DNA of 64,000 nucleotides, from positions 3,865-67,864 of the forward strand of contig CAKSVM010000004.1 in the NCBI GenBank assembly GCA_934503195.1. The letters run 5' to 3'. The notes under the pieces are model-generated. The model was not told the origin of the DNA and ran no database searches. It saw nothing but the letters and a program-made list of their open reading frames with translations. Origin of the DNA: an uncultured Eubacteriales bacterium (GTDB lineage: Bacteria; Bacillota; Clostridia; Oscillospirales; CAG-272). Positions 46,583 through 56,110 of the stretch are shown here, one piece after another (the stretch's first letter is position 1; the number at the start of each line of letters is the position of its first letter). The position numbers and the translations under genes were made by a program.

Positions 46583-47601
46583 AGATAATTATGGGCGCGA
46601 TCAAGGAGTTCAACGACGACGCGCTGATGCTCGCAAGACAGCTCGGTTCAAAGGGATTTCACTTCAACACGCCGCCGATCGCGTCGGCCGACGAAAAATA
46701 CTGGACCGTAAGATCGCTGAAATGGCTTCGCGAGTACACCGAGAAGTTCGGTCTCAGCCTTGATATGATCGAAAATGTCCCGATACGTTTTTTCGACAAG
46801 ATCATAATGGGTCTTCCGGGGCGCGACGAGCAGATTGAGAACTATATAAAGACACTTCACAACATGGGCGAGGCCGGGATTCCGATACTCGGTCATCATT
46901 TCTGTCCGACGTGGGCGTGGCGGACGAGTATTTCGAAGCCGTATCGCGGATTCGCGACGGTTTCGGCATACGACCGCTCGGTCGAGGACAAAGTTCCGAA
47001 CGCTTATACGGTCAGCAGACAGCATATGATCACGATGGGAGACGATATAATCCCACCGACCGCCGACGATCTCTGGAAGAATTTTGAGTATTTCATAAAA
47101 GCCGTGATTCCCGAAGCCGAGCGCGCCGGGGTAAGACTTATCACTCATCCGTCTGATCCGCCGCTCAGAGTCGTCGCGGGTGTGGAGCGGATTTTCATCT
47201 CGAAGGGGGATTTTCTGAGAGCCGAGAGAATCGCCGACAATCCCGCGTGGGGGATCAACTTCTGCATGGGAACCTTTTCACAGCTCGGAGGCGAGGAATG
47301 CGTGGTCGATATGCTCCGCGAGTTTGTGCCGAAAAAGCGGGTCGGGATGGTGCATTTCCGCGACGTGCAGGGGACGATTGATAATTTCAGCGAGTGCTAT
47401 CTGGGAGACGGTCGGATGAATCCGGCGCGGATCATGCGCGAGCTTTACGAAAACGGCTACGACGGGCTTCTGCTCGATGATCATGTTCCGTATCTCGCGA
47501 ACGACACGAGATGGGGACACACCTCGCGCGCGTATGAGTTCGGGTACATCTCCGGCCTTGCCGCCGCGACGGAGGCGGCGATGAGGGTTACTGAAGAATA
47601 A
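46579..47601 (+). CDS. uxuA: Mannonate dehydratase family protein (UxuA-like, xylose-isomerase-type TIM barrel)
   Basis: 340 aa. 'FIKAVIPEAERAGVRLITHPSDPPL...' and 'VGMVHFRDVQG' are colinear with conserved UxuA blocks. Confidence 0.7.
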   Translation: MKIIMGAIKEFNDDALMLARQLGSKGFHFNTPPIASADEKYWTVRSLKWLREYTEKFGLSLDMIENVPIRFFDKIIMGLPGRDEQIENYIKTLHNMGEAGIPILGHHFCPTWAWRTSISKPYRGFATVSAYDRSVEDKVPNAYTVSRQHMITMGDDIIPPTADDLWKNFEYFIKAVIPEAERAGVRLITHPSDPPLRVVAGVERIFISKGDFLRAERIADNPAWGINFCMGTFSQLGGEECVVDMLREFVPKKRVGMVHFRDVQGTIDNFSECYLGDGRMNPARIMRELYENGYDGLLLDDHVPYLANDTRWGHTSRAYEFGYISGLAAATEAAMRVTEE

Positions 47602-47628
47602 CGAATTATGAAAGAAGTGCTTATGTCG

Positions 47629-47731
47629 GATGGTTCCCGCCAAGGCCGCCCAACGCTCAGCGATTATCGGGCGAAGCCGCCGCGTCGAGCGTAAAATGAT
47701 GGTTCCCGCCAAGGCCGCCCGACGCTCAGCG
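47629..47731. repeat. Two 34-bp direct repeats separated by 35 bp
   Basis: GATGGTTCCCGCCAAGGCCGCCC[A/G]ACGCTCAGCG occurs at 47629-47662 and 47698-47731 (1 mismatch). Located in the intergenic space between convergent genes. Confidence 0.7.
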
Positions 47732-47752
47732 TGCTTAACGTGGACATATACT

Positions 47753-48577
47753 TTATCCCCCTTCTCTCATCATCCTCCTGTATTCAGCCGGACTCATCCC
47801 ATACCTCGCGCGAAACACGCGGTTAAAAAACGTGAGCGATGGAAAGCCCGAGCTGCCCGCGATTTCCTCGATGCTGTAATCTCCGGTCATAAGCAGCGAC
47901 GTCGCGTACGCGAGCCGCTTCATTTTCAGGTAATTCGAAAATGTCGTCCCAAGTTCCTTCGAAAAATATCTGCTCAGATAATCCGGATTCACGCTTACTT
48001 CCCTTGCCGCGTCCGCGAGGCTCAGCCGTTCGGTGAAATGCTCCGAAATGTAGCAAAGCACACGTGAAAGCCGCTCCGTCCGGTCACTGACCGATTCGCT
48101 CACATACGCGTTTTCCTCGCACATCGTAAGCTCGATGATTATCCGCTCCGCGAGATTCTGACTCAGAAGACACCCGCTTTCGCTCCGGTTGCCACAGGAT
48201 TCAATGAGTTCATCAAACATTTTTTCGAAACGCGTAGATTTTTCCCCGACGTCAAGCGCGCACGGAAGCCTGTCAAGAAGCGTCCGGATTTTCGCGCCGA
48301 CCTTTTCCGGCATAAGAATGAATTTTCTGACTCCGAAGGTCTCACCCTTCGGGTTGTAGCTGTGAAAATCGGTCGGCTTCATAACCGAGACGCACCCCGG
48401 CGAAAACTCATAAATCTTACCGTCGGCAATATGCGTCGCGCCGCCCGAGACGAACAGTTCAACCTCATAATAGCTGTGCCAGTGAAGCGGGATCGGGCCG
48501 TGAACCGAATCCTTCGCCTGCACCGCGAACTGTATGTCGTCGTATTTCACGAGATCCGAAACAAACTTTTCCGACAT
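47753..48577 (-). CDS. AraC family transcriptional regulator
   Basis: ORF 47753..48586. The start is set at the ATG at 48577 (MSEKF), preceded by AAGGAG. C-terminal 'IAGSSGFPSLTFFNRVFRARYGMSPAEYR'. Confidence 0.85.
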   Translation of the reverse strand: MSEKFVSDLVKYDDIQFAVQAKDSVHGPIPLHWHSYYEVELFVSGGATHIADGKIYEFSPGCVSVMKPTDFHSYNPKGETFGVRKFILMPEKVGAKIRTLLDRLPCALDVGEKSTRFEKMFDELIESCGNRSESGCLLSQNLAERIIIELTMCEENAYVSESVSDRTERLSRVLCYISEHFTERLSLADAAREVSVNPDYLSRYFSKELGTTFSNYLKMKRLAYATSLLMTGDYSIEEIAGSSGFPSLTFFNRVFRARYGMSPAEYRRMMREGG

Positions 48578-48728
48578 TCGCACCACTCCTTTTCAGCTAT
48601 TATAACACACCAAATCAATAATGTCAAGATAGTGCCGTAAATCGACGTGATCCGACTTGAATTGTCGTGAGATTTTGTTTATAATAGAGTCATCAACCGG
48701 AACAAATTCCGGAAAAAGGAGAACGATC

Positions 48729-50216
48729 ATGAAAACAGATCTGAAAAGACTCACGGCAATTCTCATCCTCGCCGGACTATCAGCCTCCGCGCTTTCCTGC
48801 GGCAGTGAAGCTCCGACTCCGGTCGAGTCGACGTCCGATTCCACTACCGAAACCGACGCCGTGACCGAAAAAGCTTTCCCGTCTCTTCCCGACGACCTGA
48901 AGTTCGGCGGAGAGACGATAAACGTCCTTATCCGCGAGGACAGCGGCTCAGGCTCGGTACTCTGGAAAAACGAATTCGACGTTGAATCCCAGAGCGGCGA
49001 CGTCGTCAGCGACGCCGTCTGGCAGCGCAATCAGACCGTATCGGAGTATCTTGACATAAAGATAAACTACGAAAAGCTCCCCGGCGCGTGGAACGACAAG
49101 GATAATTTTCTCTCGACCGTCCGCACGAGCATAATGGCGTCCGACTCGGCGTGGGACGTCATCGGAAGCTATCAGTACTACACGCCGACGCTTGTCACCG
49201 AAGGGCTTTATAAGAATCTCTACGACTTTCCGAACATCGACTACTCCGCCGACTGGTGGCCTGACGACTTCATAAACACGATCGCGCTGAAAAACAAGCT
49301 CTACTTCATCACCGGAAGCATCGCGCTCTCGTCCTCGCGCGACATGATCGTCACTTTCTTCAACAAGAAGATCGCCGATGAATTCAGCATCGACCCCTAC
49401 AAGATCGTAAAGGACGGCGAATGGACGATCGACAAGGCAAACGAACTCTCGTCGCTCGTCGCGGGCGACCTCAACGGCGACGGCAAAATGACTCTCGGCG
49501 ATGACCGCTTCGGATACATGAACTATTCGGTCGGCGAATATCTCGTCTCGGGCGGAACAAAGCCCTCCGACCGCAACGCCGACGGACTCCCCGAATACCG
49601 GCTTACCGACGAGAGATATGCCAATGTCGTGTCAAAGCTCCAGTCGCTGCTCTTTGACTGCGATGGCTCGGTCAGCTATCCGCAGAGTTCGGCGTATCAG
49701 GAGCGCAACAGCATCTTCAAGAACGATCAGGTACTCTTCTTTGTCACCGGACTCGCGCAGTCGGACGAGTTCCGTGACATGGACTCGGATTTCGGCATAA
49801 TCCCAATCGTGAAGCTCGATAAGGAGCAGGAGAATTACTACACACGGCTTGGCGACAGCTATACAGTCTTCGGCGTCCCGGTCGACTCGGGTAAGGACGA
49901 CGAGCTTGTCGGCGCGTTCCTTGAGGCGATGGCGTATGAGGGCTACAAGACCGTTTCCCCGGCGTATTATTCGACTGTCCTCAAGGACAAGATCTCGCGT
50001 GACACCGAGTCGATCGAGATGCTTGAGATGATTCAGAAGAATCTCGTCTACACCTTCGACTATCTCTATTCGTCGGTTCTCGGCGACGTCGGATCGGTCA
50101 TGCGTGCTCCGCTTCAGGACAAGTCTGTCGGCTTCGCGTCATATGTAGCGGCAAGAATAGACTCGTGGCAGGCAAGCCTTGACAGACTTGTCGCGAAGTT
50201 CGATGATCTGAACTAG
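48729..50216 (+). CDS. ABC-type extracellular solute-binding lipoprotein
   Basis: ORF 48657..50216. The start is set at the ATG at 48729 (MKTDLKR), preceded by AAAAAGGAGAA. Lipobox 'SALSCGS'. 'DGEWTIDKANEL'. Confidence 0.85.
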   Translation: MKTDLKRLTAILILAGLSASALSCGSEAPTPVESTSDSTTETDAVTEKAFPSLPDDLKFGGETINVLIREDSGSGSVLWKNEFDVESQSGDVVSDAVWQRNQTVSEYLDIKINYEKLPGAWNDKDNFLSTVRTSIMASDSAWDVIGSYQYYTPTLVTEGLYKNLYDFPNIDYSADWWPDDFINTIALKNKLYFITGSIALSSSRDMIVTFFNKKIADEFSIDPYKIVKDGEWTIDKANELSSLVAGDLNGDGKMTLGDDRFGYMNYSVGEYLVSGGTKPSDRNADGLPEYRLTDERYANVVSKLQSLLFDCDGSVSYPQSSAYQERNSIFKNDQVLFFVTGLAQSDEFRDMDSDFGIIPIVKLDKEQENYYTRLGDSYTVFGVPVDSGKDDELVGAFLEAMAYEGYKTVSPAYYSTVLKDKISRDTESIEMLEMIQKNLVYTFDYLYSSVLGDVGSVMRAPLQDKSVGFASYVAARIDSWQASLDRLVAKFDDLN

Positions 50217-50224
50217 GAGCGGAA

Positions 50225-51406
50225 ATGTACTCAAAAACAATAACCGACTTCGGCGCGGTCGGCGACGGCGTCACAAAATGCACGAAAGCGATTCAGGCGG
50301 CGGTCGACGACTGCGCCGCGCATGGCGGCGGTGAGGTGATAGTCGAGGACGGAAGCTTCGTCACAGGAACAATATTCCTGAAAAGCGACGTTCATCTCGT
50401 CATCCGACCGACCGCGAGACTCCTCGCCGGACTTGACTCGGAGGATTATCCGGATTTTGATCCCTGCTTTGACAAAACCTTCGCGCCGAGAAGAACCGCG
50501 AGATGCCTTATCTACGCGGAAAACTGCGAGAATATCGGAATCTCGGGCGGCGGTGTCATCGACTGCCGCGGAGAAAATTTCTGCGAATACACACCATATG
50601 ACCGCTTTTACAGAAGAAAAACCAACAGTCTCCCGGCGCGGATGATCTTCTTCTATCAGTGCCGCGATGTTATGATTGAAAATATCTCGGTTCTCGAAAT
50701 GGCGGGCGGATGGGCGTTCTGGATAAACGGTTGTGACAGGGTCAGATTCTCGCGGCTGACTGTAAGATGCAATCCGCTCTATCCGAATTCGGACGGCGTG
50801 CATATCAACTGCTCGCGCGACGTTTTCCTCTCGGACAGCATTCTTGACTGCGGCGACGACTGCGTAATCCTGCGCGCGAACACTAAAACCCTGCCGGAAA
50901 AGCGTCCCTGCGAGCGGATCGCGGTCACGAACTGCACGCTTTCAAGTAATTCCTGCGCGATACGCATCGGCTGGACTAACGACGGCGTGATACAGAACAG
51001 CGTATTTTCGGATCTCTCGATAACCGACAGCTGGTACGGAATCTCGATCGAGTTCCCGAAAAAATCTCCCGAACCGTTCACAGATCAGGGCGACGACTCG
51101 ACAGTCGTCAGAAATCTCACATTTGACAATATAGTGATGGATAATCTCGAAACCTCTCCGATACGGCTGCTTTCGTATCCTTACAACAAGGTCGATTCGA
51201 TCAGCGGCATAACCTTCAGAGGCATAACCGCGGCGTCGAAGGAGCTTCCGGTTTTCAGAGTCGAAAAGGGCGTAAAGGTCTGCCGGATAAGGCTTTCCGA
51301 CTGCGATTTCCGGACGCTTTCGGAATCCGGGACGATTGAGTTTACCAACATTTCCGAGGTTTCAATGAATAACGTCTCGTTTGGTAATCTGCATGAGGAT
51401 AGCTGA
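50225..51406 (+). CDS. Glycoside hydrolase family 28 (polygalacturonase/rhamnogalacturonase-like beta-helix)
   Basis: 393 aa. 'ITDFGAVGDG', 'NSDGVHI', 'CGDDCVILR' and 'CAIRIG' are the GH28 catalytic-strand motifs. No signal peptide. Confidence 0.85.
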   Translation: MYSKTITDFGAVGDGVTKCTKAIQAAVDDCAAHGGGEVIVEDGSFVTGTIFLKSDVHLVIRPTARLLAGLDSEDYPDFDPCFDKTFAPRRTARCLIYAENCENIGISGGGVIDCRGENFCEYTPYDRFYRRKTNSLPARMIFFYQCRDVMIENISVLEMAGGWAFWINGCDRVRFSRLTVRCNPLYPNSDGVHINCSRDVFLSDSILDCGDDCVILRANTKTLPEKRPCERIAVTNCTLSSNSCAIRIGWTNDGVIQNSVFSDLSITDSWYGISIEFPKKSPEPFTDQGDDSTVVRNLTFDNIVMDNLETSPIRLLSYPYNKVDSISGITFRGITAASKELPVFRVEKGVKVCRIRLSDCDFRTLSESGTIEFTNISEVSMNNVSFGNLHEDS

Positions 51407-52610
51407 ATATGACCTTTCCGCGCTTCCGGATGTGACGCCGGAACGCACGCCGGATATTGCCACGAGAGACGCGATTCTTGATAAGCTGTGGCTTATCGCG
51501 CTTTACGATGTCGAAAGGAATTTCTGCATCGCGACAGAATGGGGCAGGACTTTCTCCGCCGGAGCTTACGGAAAGGATTTTTCCGGACTCGTCTTCAATC
51601 GTGATGTCGCTTATTCGGGTCTTCTCGGACTGAATCGTGTATTTCCGGAAAAGATGCTTGAGAGTCTCAAGACAATCCGCGAATGCCGTAAAGCACTTGA
51701 TTTTCACTGTTTCGAAGCCTGCGGAAGCCGTCTTCGCGGCGTAGACGGTGTGATATGCGAGGATCTGACACCCGCGGAATTCTTCAAAAAGCGCAGAAAA
51801 GCGTCCGCGATCAATAAGACTGACGACGTCTGTTGGCTATGGTGTGCCGAGGATCTTCTTGACCGCAACGGATATAATGAGTGGGAATGGCTCTATGAAA
51901 ATGGGGAATATTGTTTTTCGCGGCTGTATGAACCATTTTACGATGAATCGGACGGGATGTATTATGGTCAGCCGACCTTTATCGACGTCGGTCACAGCGG
52001 ATATCCGGACGGTTACAACGAGATCACCGAAGAAGGACGCAACCGATGCGTCTGGCTGAAAGCGGCGTCAACAAACTGTCTCTATTATAAGGGACTGCGT
52101 GTCATGGAACGCGCGGCAAAAATTCTTGGAAAAGACGCCGGATTCTATTCCGAGCGCGCCGGGAGATTAAAAGATTCGATACGTGAAAAGCTCGTTGATT
52201 CTGAGGGACATATATGTTATTTTCTCTACCCAGAAGGAAAGCACGAGAAACGGCGCGACGCGCTCGGAACAGCGTTCTGTGTCCTGTGCGGCATAGCGGA
52301 GGATAAGCGGCTTTTCGAGGATTACCCGATCACTGCACTCGGCGTGCCGCTTCTGAATCCTTTCTATCCGCGCGGCGATTATTATCACAATAACAGCGCG
52401 TGGCCGTTTGCCGACACCTTCTTTCTGAAAGCGCGTGACGCCGCGCTCGGAACTGACAGTTCCGGACTGCGGCTTTCGATACTATTGAACTCGTTCCGCG
52501 ATGGGCACTTCAGGGAGTACCGCGATCTGAGAAGCGGCGAGATCTCGGGTTCGTGGGCGCAGCTATGGACAACCGCCGCGTTTATCGGAGTTATGGTTGA
52601 AAGACAGTAA
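51393..52610 (+). CDS. Putative (alpha/alpha)6-barrel glycosidase-like protein (family not assignable by eye)
   Basis: ORF 51381..52610. The start is uncertain (ATG at 51393 overlaps the GH28 stop; weak RBS). Trp/Tyr-rich helical repeats and 'HNNSAWPFADTFF' suggest a six-hairpin glycosidase. Confidence 0.45.
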   Translation: MRIAEYDLSALPDVTPERTPDIATRDAILDKLWLIALYDVERNFCIATEWGRTFSAGAYGKDFSGLVFNRDVAYSGLLGLNRVFPEKMLESLKTIRECRKALDFHCFEACGSRLRGVDGVICEDLTPAEFFKKRRKASAINKTDDVCWLWCAEDLLDRNGYNEWEWLYENGEYCFSRLYEPFYDESDGMYYGQPTFIDVGHSGYPDGYNEITEEGRNRCVWLKAASTNCLYYKGLRVMERAAKILGKDAGFYSERAGRLKDSIREKLVDSEGHICYFLYPEGKHEKRRDALGTAFCVLCGIAEDKRLFEDYPITALGVPLLNPFYPRGDYYHNNSAWPFADTFFLKARDAALGTDSSGLRLSILLNSFRDGHFREYRDLRSGEISGSWAQLWTTAAFIGVMVERQ

Positions 52611-52623
52611 CCGCCTGAACATG

Positions 52624-52665
52624 AAAAGAACAGCAGAAAGATATGGTCTGCTGTTCTTTTTCTGC
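52624..52665 (+). terminator. Intrinsic terminator of the GH28 operon
   Basis: The AAAAGAACAGCAG/CTGCTGTTCTTTT stem is followed by a T-run. Confidence 0.7.
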
Positions 52666-52786
52666 GCTGTATATCGTGGCGACTGTTTGCGCCTCAAAAA
52701 AGTAGGCAAGCAAGAAAAAATATGCTATAATAAGTATACAGCAAACCACAAATCAGGAGAGAGAATAGAAATGTACGGAAAATCAG

Positions 52787-53392
52787 TCAAATACTGCCCT
52801 CCACACCCCTCACCCACTTGAAAAACGTCGAGCGCGAGATAACGAGCAGCTCGGCCGCCCGTTCCGCTGTCAGTATTCCGGACACCCATTTATCCCTCAC
52901 CTCCGGAAAATTCTCCGGACGTTCAAGCTTCGGCCGCCAGAATTTCACTCCGCGCAGCTTTGCCGCCGCGATTCCCTCCGCCTGACGCTGGCTCGTGAAC
53001 TCGCGCTCGGTCTGCGCAACGTACGAAAGCAGCTGCAAAACAATGTCCGCGATCACAACGCCCGTCAGATCCTTTCCCTGCCCTGTGTTCAGAAGCGGCA
53101 TATCGAGGACGATTATCTCAACACGCTTGTCCTTCGTCAGAAGCCGCCACTGCTACAGAATCTCGTTTTAATTCCGTCCGAGCCGGTCGATGCTCTTGAC
53201 CACAATCGTGTCGCCCGGCCTCAGCTTGCCGAGAAGCTTCAGATATCCCGGACGCGAAAAATCCTTTCCCGACTGCTTGTCCATGTAGATGTTTCTCGGC
53301 TCGATGCCGAATTCCTCCATTGCGACCATCTGCCTGTCCTCGTTCTGATCACGGGACGATACCCGTATGTAAGCGTATTCCTTTGTTTCCAT
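52787..53392 (-). pseudogene. Small serine recombinase (resolvase/invertase) with two in-frame stop codons
   Basis: N-terminus 'YAYIRVSSRDQNEDRQ...VVKSIDRLGRN', then TAA (53168-53170) and TAG (53153-53155) in the same frame. It then continues 'QWRLLTKDKRVEIIVLDMPLLNT...' with a C-terminal HTH 'ISRSTFFKWV'. Located in an AT-richer islet. Confidence 0.8.
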
Positions 53393-53469
53393 TGTATAAT
53401 TCTCCTTGTGCTTTTTTGGATTTTCATACATAATTATAAAATAAAGGTTTGAACAAATTCCGGATATCA

Positions 53470-53502
53470 AAAAGCGGCGGATCGTTAAAATCCGCCGCTT
53501 TT
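53470..53502 (-). terminator. Intrinsic terminator of the suf operon
   Basis: 13-bp stem AAAAGCGGCGGAT/ATCCGCCGCTTTT. On the minus strand it is followed by TTTTTGA. Confidence 0.75.
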
Positions 53503-53537
53503 CTATTTATTCTTTTTTTATGACGCGTAAATTCAGG

Positions 53538-53963
53538 TCAGGACTCGCCAAGACTCTTTTTGAGCGTTCTCCAGCCGAGCATCGCGCACTTGACTCTCGC
53601 CGGCATATGCGAGACGTCGCGGAGCGCGGACGCCTCTTCAAGGCTCTCGATCTCCTCCTCGCTCGCCTCGCCGCGGATCATTCTTGTGAAGATGTCGCAG
53701 AGCTTCAACGCCTCTTCCTTCTTCTTTCCGATTACCATTCCAAGCATTATATCGACCGAGGCCTGCGAAATCGCGCAGCCGTCGCCGACAAACGCGCCGT
53801 CGACTATCACACCGTTCTCGGTCTTCAGCCGAAGCTCGATTTCGTCGCCGCAGCTCGGATTCACGCCCTGAAGCACGATATCCGCGTCGGGAAGCTCATG
53901 CTTGTACTCCGGATGGATGTTGTGTTCGGTCAGTATCTCGTTGTAAAAGCTTCTATTTTCCAT
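53538..53963 (-). CDS. sufU: SUF-type Fe-S cluster scaffold/sulfur acceptor SufU (NifU/IscU-like)
   Basis: 141 aa. 'NPSCGDEIEL', 'GDGCAISQAS' and 'PARVKCAMLGW' give the three conserved Cys motifs. Confidence 0.9.
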   Translation of the reverse strand: MENRSFYNEILTEHNIHPEYKHELPDADIVLQGVNPSCGDEIELRLKTENGVIVDGAFVGDGCAISQASVDIMLGMVIGKKKEEALKLCDIFTRMIRGEASEEEIESLEEASALRDVSHMPARVKCAMLGWRTLKKSLGES

Positions 53964-55170
53964 ATCCCATTCGCTCCCTTATCGTCAAGAGACATTCCAA
54001 AAATCTGTCGGCGTCTTCCTTCGTGTTGTAGAAGGCAAACGACGCGCGGACAGTCGATCTGTAGCCGAGATATTTCAGAAGCGGCTCGGCGCAGTGATGA
54101 CCCGCTCTGACCGCGATATTCTCGGACGCGAAGATCTCGCCGACGTCGTGCGGATGCACATCGTCTATCGTGAAGGTTATGATCCCGTTGTGTTCGGCCG
54201 GATCGTCCGAGCCGAGGATGTTGACGTGCGGAATTTCCCTCATCTTATTGAACGCATACGACGACACCTCAAGCTCGCGCGCGTGGATTGTATCGAATCC
54301 GATTTCGTCCACATATCCGATCGCCGCTCCGAGTCCGTACGCGCCCGAAGCGTTGACCGTTCCGGCCTCGAATTTATGCGGAAGCTCGGCAAAAACCGCC
54401 GACTCGCGCGACACCGACTCGATCATCTCGCCGCCTGAGAGGAAGGGCGGCATCTCATCGAGAAGCTCCTCACGCCCCCAGAGCGCGCCGATTCCCATCG
54501 GAGCGTAGATCTTATGCCCCGAAAACGCGAAGAAATCGGCTCCGAGTTCATTCACGTCAACCTTCATATGCGGCGTGCTCTGCGCGCCGTCGACAACCAT
54601 CACCGCGCCGTGTGAATGCGCCATCCCGGCGATCTCTTTTATCGGGTTGACTCTTCCGAGGACGTTTGAGACCTGCGCCATCGCGACAAGTCTCGTCCGG
54701 TCGGAAAACTGCGCCTCGACCTTGTCAAGGTCAAAGCTTCCGTCCTTTTCGCACTCGAGGAACTTAAGCTTCGCCCCGGTCATTCTCGCGACCATCTGCC
54801 ACGGCAGGAGATCGCTGTGATGCTCGGTTATCGAAACGAGAATCTCGTCCCCGGGCTTTATGTGCGAAAGCCCATAGCTGTAGGCGACGAGATTCAGTCC
54901 CTCGGTCGTGTTGCGGGTGAAGATGACCTCCTCGGGTCTTTTCGCGCCGATGAAATCGGCCACGATCTGCCGCGCGTTTTCAAGATCCTCGGTCGCCTCG
55001 ACGCTCAGTGAATAGAGTCCGCGAAGGGGATTCGCGTTGTGATTCTCATAGAAATATCTCTCGGCCTCAAGCACCTTTTCCGGACGCTGAGCCGTCGCGG
55101 CGTTATCGATATAGACTATGCCGCTGTTTCTGAATATCGGGAAATCCGATTTGTAGTCGCGCATTTTCAT
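53953..55170 (-). CDS. sufS: Cysteine desulfurase SufS (class V aminotransferase, group II)
   Basis: 405 aa. 'FSGHKIYAPMGIGALWG' (PLP lysine) and 'RAGHHCAEPL' (catalytic Cys loop). Confidence 0.9.
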   Translation of the reverse strand: MKMRDYKSDFPIFRNSGIVYIDNAATAQRPEKVLEAERYFYENHNANPLRGLYSLSVEATEDLENARQIVADFIGAKRPEEVIFTRNTTEGLNLVAYSYGLSHIKPGDEILVSITEHHSDLLPWQMVARMTGAKLKFLECEKDGSFDLDKVEAQFSDRTRLVAMAQVSNVLGRVNPIKEIAGMAHSHGAVMVVDGAQSTPHMKVDVNELGADFFAFSGHKIYAPMGIGALWGREELLDEMPPFLSGGEMIESVSRESAVFAELPHKFEAGTVNASGAYGLGAAIGYVDEIGFDTIHARELEVSSYAFNKMREIPHVNILGSDDPAEHNGIITFTIDDVHPHDVGEIFASENIAVRAGHHCAEPLLKYLGYRSTVRASFAFYNTKEDADRFLECLLTIRERMGYGK

Positions 55171-56084
55171 TCCTCCCCGAGAAGTCCGAGAACGAGCTTT
55201 TCGAATTCTTCGTCGCCCGAAAGTCTCGCCGGACGCTCGATCGCGGCTCTCGCCATGACCCTCTCGGCCTCGGCGCGTTCGATTCCGCGGCTCTCAAAGT
55301 AGAAGAGTGTGGCGTCGTCAAGCTCGCCGATCGTCGCTCCGTGGCTTCCGTCGACATTCTCCTCGGCGCAGAGGATTATCGGAACCGTCTTGTTTGAAAC
55401 GTCGTCCCCGAGAAGAAGCACAGTCTCGTTCTCGCTTCCGACCGAACCGGCCGAACCCTTTTTGAAATCGATCGTCCCGCGGAAAACCTTCTTAGCCGCG
55501 TCAAGCAGCGCGCCGGAGGCGGTGATCTTACTCTCAGTCTCTTTTCCGTACTGATTCACGGTCAGATTCATGTCGATCGTCTGGGAATTTCTTCCGAGAT
55601 ATCCGAAGTCGGCCGAAAACACGCTCTTATCACCGCGAAGCTCAACCGTGTTGTCGGCGTAGCAGTCGCCGCTTCCCATGATTATCGTGAGAAGATCAAA
55701 TTCCGACTTCTCGCCGCACTCGGCCGAAATCTCGTGGCGCAGAATCCCGCCGTCGGGATATAAAAGCTGCACGACGCGCACCTTCGCGCCGTTTTCTATT
55801 TTCAGCGAGAGCTTGGTGTAAAGCTTCGATTTCGCCGTCACAGTCTCGAAGAGAGTGACCGCGCTGTCGGCTCCCGCCGCGATATTCATGAGCTTCGACG
55901 AATATCCGTCTCCGTCATCCTTAACGTCAATTCTGAGCGGCGCGGGACATTCGCCGCGCTTTGCCGTGAAATCGGTGGTTTCAAGCGGCTTTTCGTTTTC
56001 ATTGTCCCATTCGAGTTTTACCTCGTTCACACCGAGTCGGTTCCACGTTCTCGTGGCGAGTCGGTTTATTGTAATTTCCTGCAT
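55167..56084 (-). CDS. sufD: Fe-S cluster assembly protein SufD
   Basis: 305 aa. Beta-helix repeats and a C-terminal 'GATIGELDDATLFYFESRGI' pattern. Located between sufB and sufS. Confidence 0.8.
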   Translation of the reverse strand: MQEITINRLATRTWNRLGVNEVKLEWDNENEKPLETTDFTAKRGECPAPLRIDVKDDGDGYSSKLMNIAAGADSAVTLFETVTAKSKLYTKLSLKIENGAKVRVVQLLYPDGGILRHEISAECGEKSEFDLLTIIMGSGDCYADNTVELRGDKSVFSADFGYLGRNSQTIDMNLTVNQYGKETESKITASGALLDAAKKVFRGTIDFKKGSAGSVGSENETVLLLGDDVSNKTVPIILCAEENVDGSHGATIGELDDATLFYFESRGIERAEAERVMARAAIERPARLSGDEEFEKLVLGLLGEE

Positions 56085-56110
56085 ATTTTTTCCTTCGCCT
56101 TTCGTGGAGT

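Noticed and set aside
47629-47731. Possible CRISPR array (34-bp repeat, 35-bp spacer).
   Set aside because: There are only two repeat units and no cas genes or leader in the window. I kept it as a plain direct repeat.
52597-52821. ORF 52597-52821(+), including a 16-codon mini-ORF (MYGKSVKYCPPHPSPT) with a strong RBS.
   Set aside because: It spans the GH28-operon terminator and overlaps the recombinase 3' end antisense. It is too short and unsupported to call. I mention it only as context for the islet finding.
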